Positions 62,003-64,000 of a DNA stretch of 64,000 bases are shown piece by piece. How positions within the stretch are numbered: position 1 is the first letter of the stretch; each line of letters begins with the position of its first letter. Below the pieces are notes generated by a model. It worked only from the letters and a program-made list of their open reading frames with translations. It ran no database searches and was not told the DNA's origin. Source of the stretch: Azolla caroliniana (Eukaryota; Plantae; Polypodiophyta); assembly GCA_043228905.1 (NCBI GenBank), contig JBHGNT010000003.1:11098001-11162000 (forward strand), in the 5' to 3' direction. Both the position numbers and the translations under genes were made by a program.

Positions 62003-62848
62003 TATTGAGCGGATGGGCTCAACCGGATCCGGATCGGCTGAATAAGCCAAAGCCGGATCAGTATTCGGAACATAGAACTGGATAGGTATCTGGATCGGTA
62101 TCCACAACCAAGAGCTAGATCGGAGAGACGGATCGGATTGTAACCGATAGTCCGTTAGAGCATTGAAGTACATGTCAGTCCTTTTAAGGACTTGTATAGA
62201 AGTGCTCACTGAGCACATTGTATGTACATAGTGTTGTTATTTTGAATTCAGTTGATGTTATTCCGCTCTCTCTGTCTCTCCTATGTATTCTCTGCTCTGA
62301 AGTTTCCATTAAACTTGTGCTTATTCTCTGTTGCTATCTGGTGAAGCCGGTTTCATCTATAAGCTTCCGCACGCATTTCTTTACATGGTATCACAGAGCG
62401 AGGGTTGAGAACCTCTACTGGCGACAACTGCTCGAAACAAACAAACCCTAATCGCCGGTAATGAACAGAAGAAAGAAGAAAGATATGGACAGAAGCATGG
62501 CGAGCTCGCTTCCTACAGAAAAGCTTGACTAGAGCAACTATGTGTCCTGGTCATATAAAATGCACCAGTACCTGCTAGGGCACGGATACTGGAGTTACGT
62601 GGAAGGAGCAAATGTAGCATCGCCGGATTCGGCACACAAGTACTTCCCGGCATGGGAGCGAGGAGCGAGCAGAGTATTGTACTACCTCGCATCTTGTGTG
62701 CAAGACCAAATGCTCAACTACATCAGGGATGCAAAAACGCTGAAAGAAGCTTGGGAGAATCTAAAAAAGATTTTCGCGGCAAGCACGATGGCCCGGAAGT
62801 TGCAACTTCGACAAGAGCTCAACAACATCCGACAACGAGATATGTTAG
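62003..62848 (+). mobile_element. Bryco-like Copia 5' end: LTR 62003-62385, iMet PBS and gag start
   Basis: PBS TGGTATC(AC)AGAGC; MASSLPTEKLD.SNYVSWSYKMHQYLLGHGYWSY...RKLQLRQEL. Confidence 0.9.
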
Positions 62849-63261
62849 TGTAGAAGTTAATATGCGGAAGCTTATAACAAACCAGTTCAGCCAGATAGCA
62901 ACAGAGAAAGTACAGGTTAATGGAAACCTTACAAGACACAGATAGAGGGTGGGAGAGAGAGACAGAGTAGAATAGCATAAACTATATTCAAAAAAATAAA
63001 ACTCTGTGCATAGGATGTGCTCAGTGATCACTCTTTATACAAGTCCACAAGGGACTGATAGAAGTACTATTTACTTCAATGCTCATATGAGCGGCTAACA
63101 CTAACTACGAGGACCATGACCACCTAGTAGTCTAGAAGCGTAGACCTCTAAACGGCCTACCGGTACACATGTGGGTCCGGCTCTCAAATCCAGCTCCCCG
63201 ATCCCGATCTGGATACGATCTGGCTCTAACTTATGCAGCCGATCCGGATCCAGTTGAGCTT
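62849..63261 (-). repeat. Bryco-like LTR inserted into gag, itself cut near its start
   Basis: Starts TGTAGAAGTT; similar to 41351-41720; ends at GTTGAGCTT where the next LTR begins. Confidence 0.8.
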
Positions 63262-64000
63262 TGTAAAAACAAATAGCGTGCGGAAGCAATAAGAAACAGA
63301 AAACAGAGAACGGGTTTAATGGAGAGCTTAACAATACGCGGGAGAGACAGAGAGAGAGAACAAGGATCTCTATTCAAAAATTATATCAATGCTCTATACA
63401 TCATATGTGTTCAGCGAACACTTTTATACAAGTCCATACAAATTGATAGAAGTACGGTGTACTTCCATGCTCACTTGAGCGTTTGACACTAACTACGAGA
63501 GTAATAACTCCCTAGTAGTCTAGTTGCTATTGGGCTTCCGGTTACTTATGGATCCGACCAACCGGCTCCCCAACTCACCGGCTCTTTTGCTCACCGGGTG
63601 CTCGCCGACTCACCGATCCGTCTCGCTCACCAGCTCAAGCTTATCCAGCCGATCCAGCTCCAATTGAGCTTGCCGCTCAACACTCCCCCTCAAGCTCAAC
63701 TTGAGGTCCGGTCGTAGTGTCAATGTCTGTGGCAACCGGTCCTTCTGCTCGGCTCCTTCTGGCGTCATTGTGCCTTGCTCGCGCTCCTCGTCCGGTCCGG
63801 TTCTGTTTGCCGCAACGCCTCTTGTTCTGCGCACCTCGGTCGGCTTGTCTGTTCAACATGCCCAATTCAGCTCCCTCGCTGTTGTGACTTCAGCGCGTGC
63901 CGGTTTGCCGATTCCTTCGTGTTGGCGTCGACTTTCGCTACCTTCTCGTCCTCTTGGCCTTGAATTGATCCGGTTCTTCCGAATCTGTTTGTCGAATCGA
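63262..64000 (-). mobile_element. Bryco-like Copia 3' end: LTR 63262-63682, PPT and 3' tail running off the window
   Basis: CTCAACA|CTCCCCCTCAAGCTCAACTTGAGG junction, as at 38232 and 41720. Confidence 0.88.

Overview
This is eukaryotic, transposon-dense DNA. It is most likely from a non-seed land plant (bryophyte, lycophyte or fern), inferred from its mix of Bryco-like Copia, Tcn1-like and other chromoviruses, tRNA-Trp-primed Phygy-like Gypsy elements, and a plastid-type Cpn60-alpha fragment. Almost the whole window is nested LTR retrotransposons, with no intact host gene. Main structure: (1) a very young Copia (2889-8420, identical 300-bp LTRs, TSD AGCTG) sits inside a Trp-primed Gypsy, inside a chromovirus LTR, inside an older Copia of the same family; (2) a rearranged block (14743-19277) has chimeric LTRs carrying a captured protease fragment and 54-bp arrays, arranged as an inverted repeat that marks an inversion; (3) a full-length decayed chromovirus (29099-36000); (4) clusters of Bryco-like Copia inserted into each other; (5) a non-coding, apparently self-primed Tcn1-type mini-element (53020-55438); (6) LINE and Cpn60-alpha remnants. 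Most notable signals: antisense tRNA-like Pol III A/B-box cassettes near the U3 end of several unrelated LTR families; a GGAUUUU(UAG) -1 frameshift site between protease and RT; stems enclosing the PPT in three Copia families; and a dual-PPT, lysine-rich tail after RNase H in the Bryco-like elements. All calls come from reading the sequence by eye; no searches were run and lineage names are inferences.
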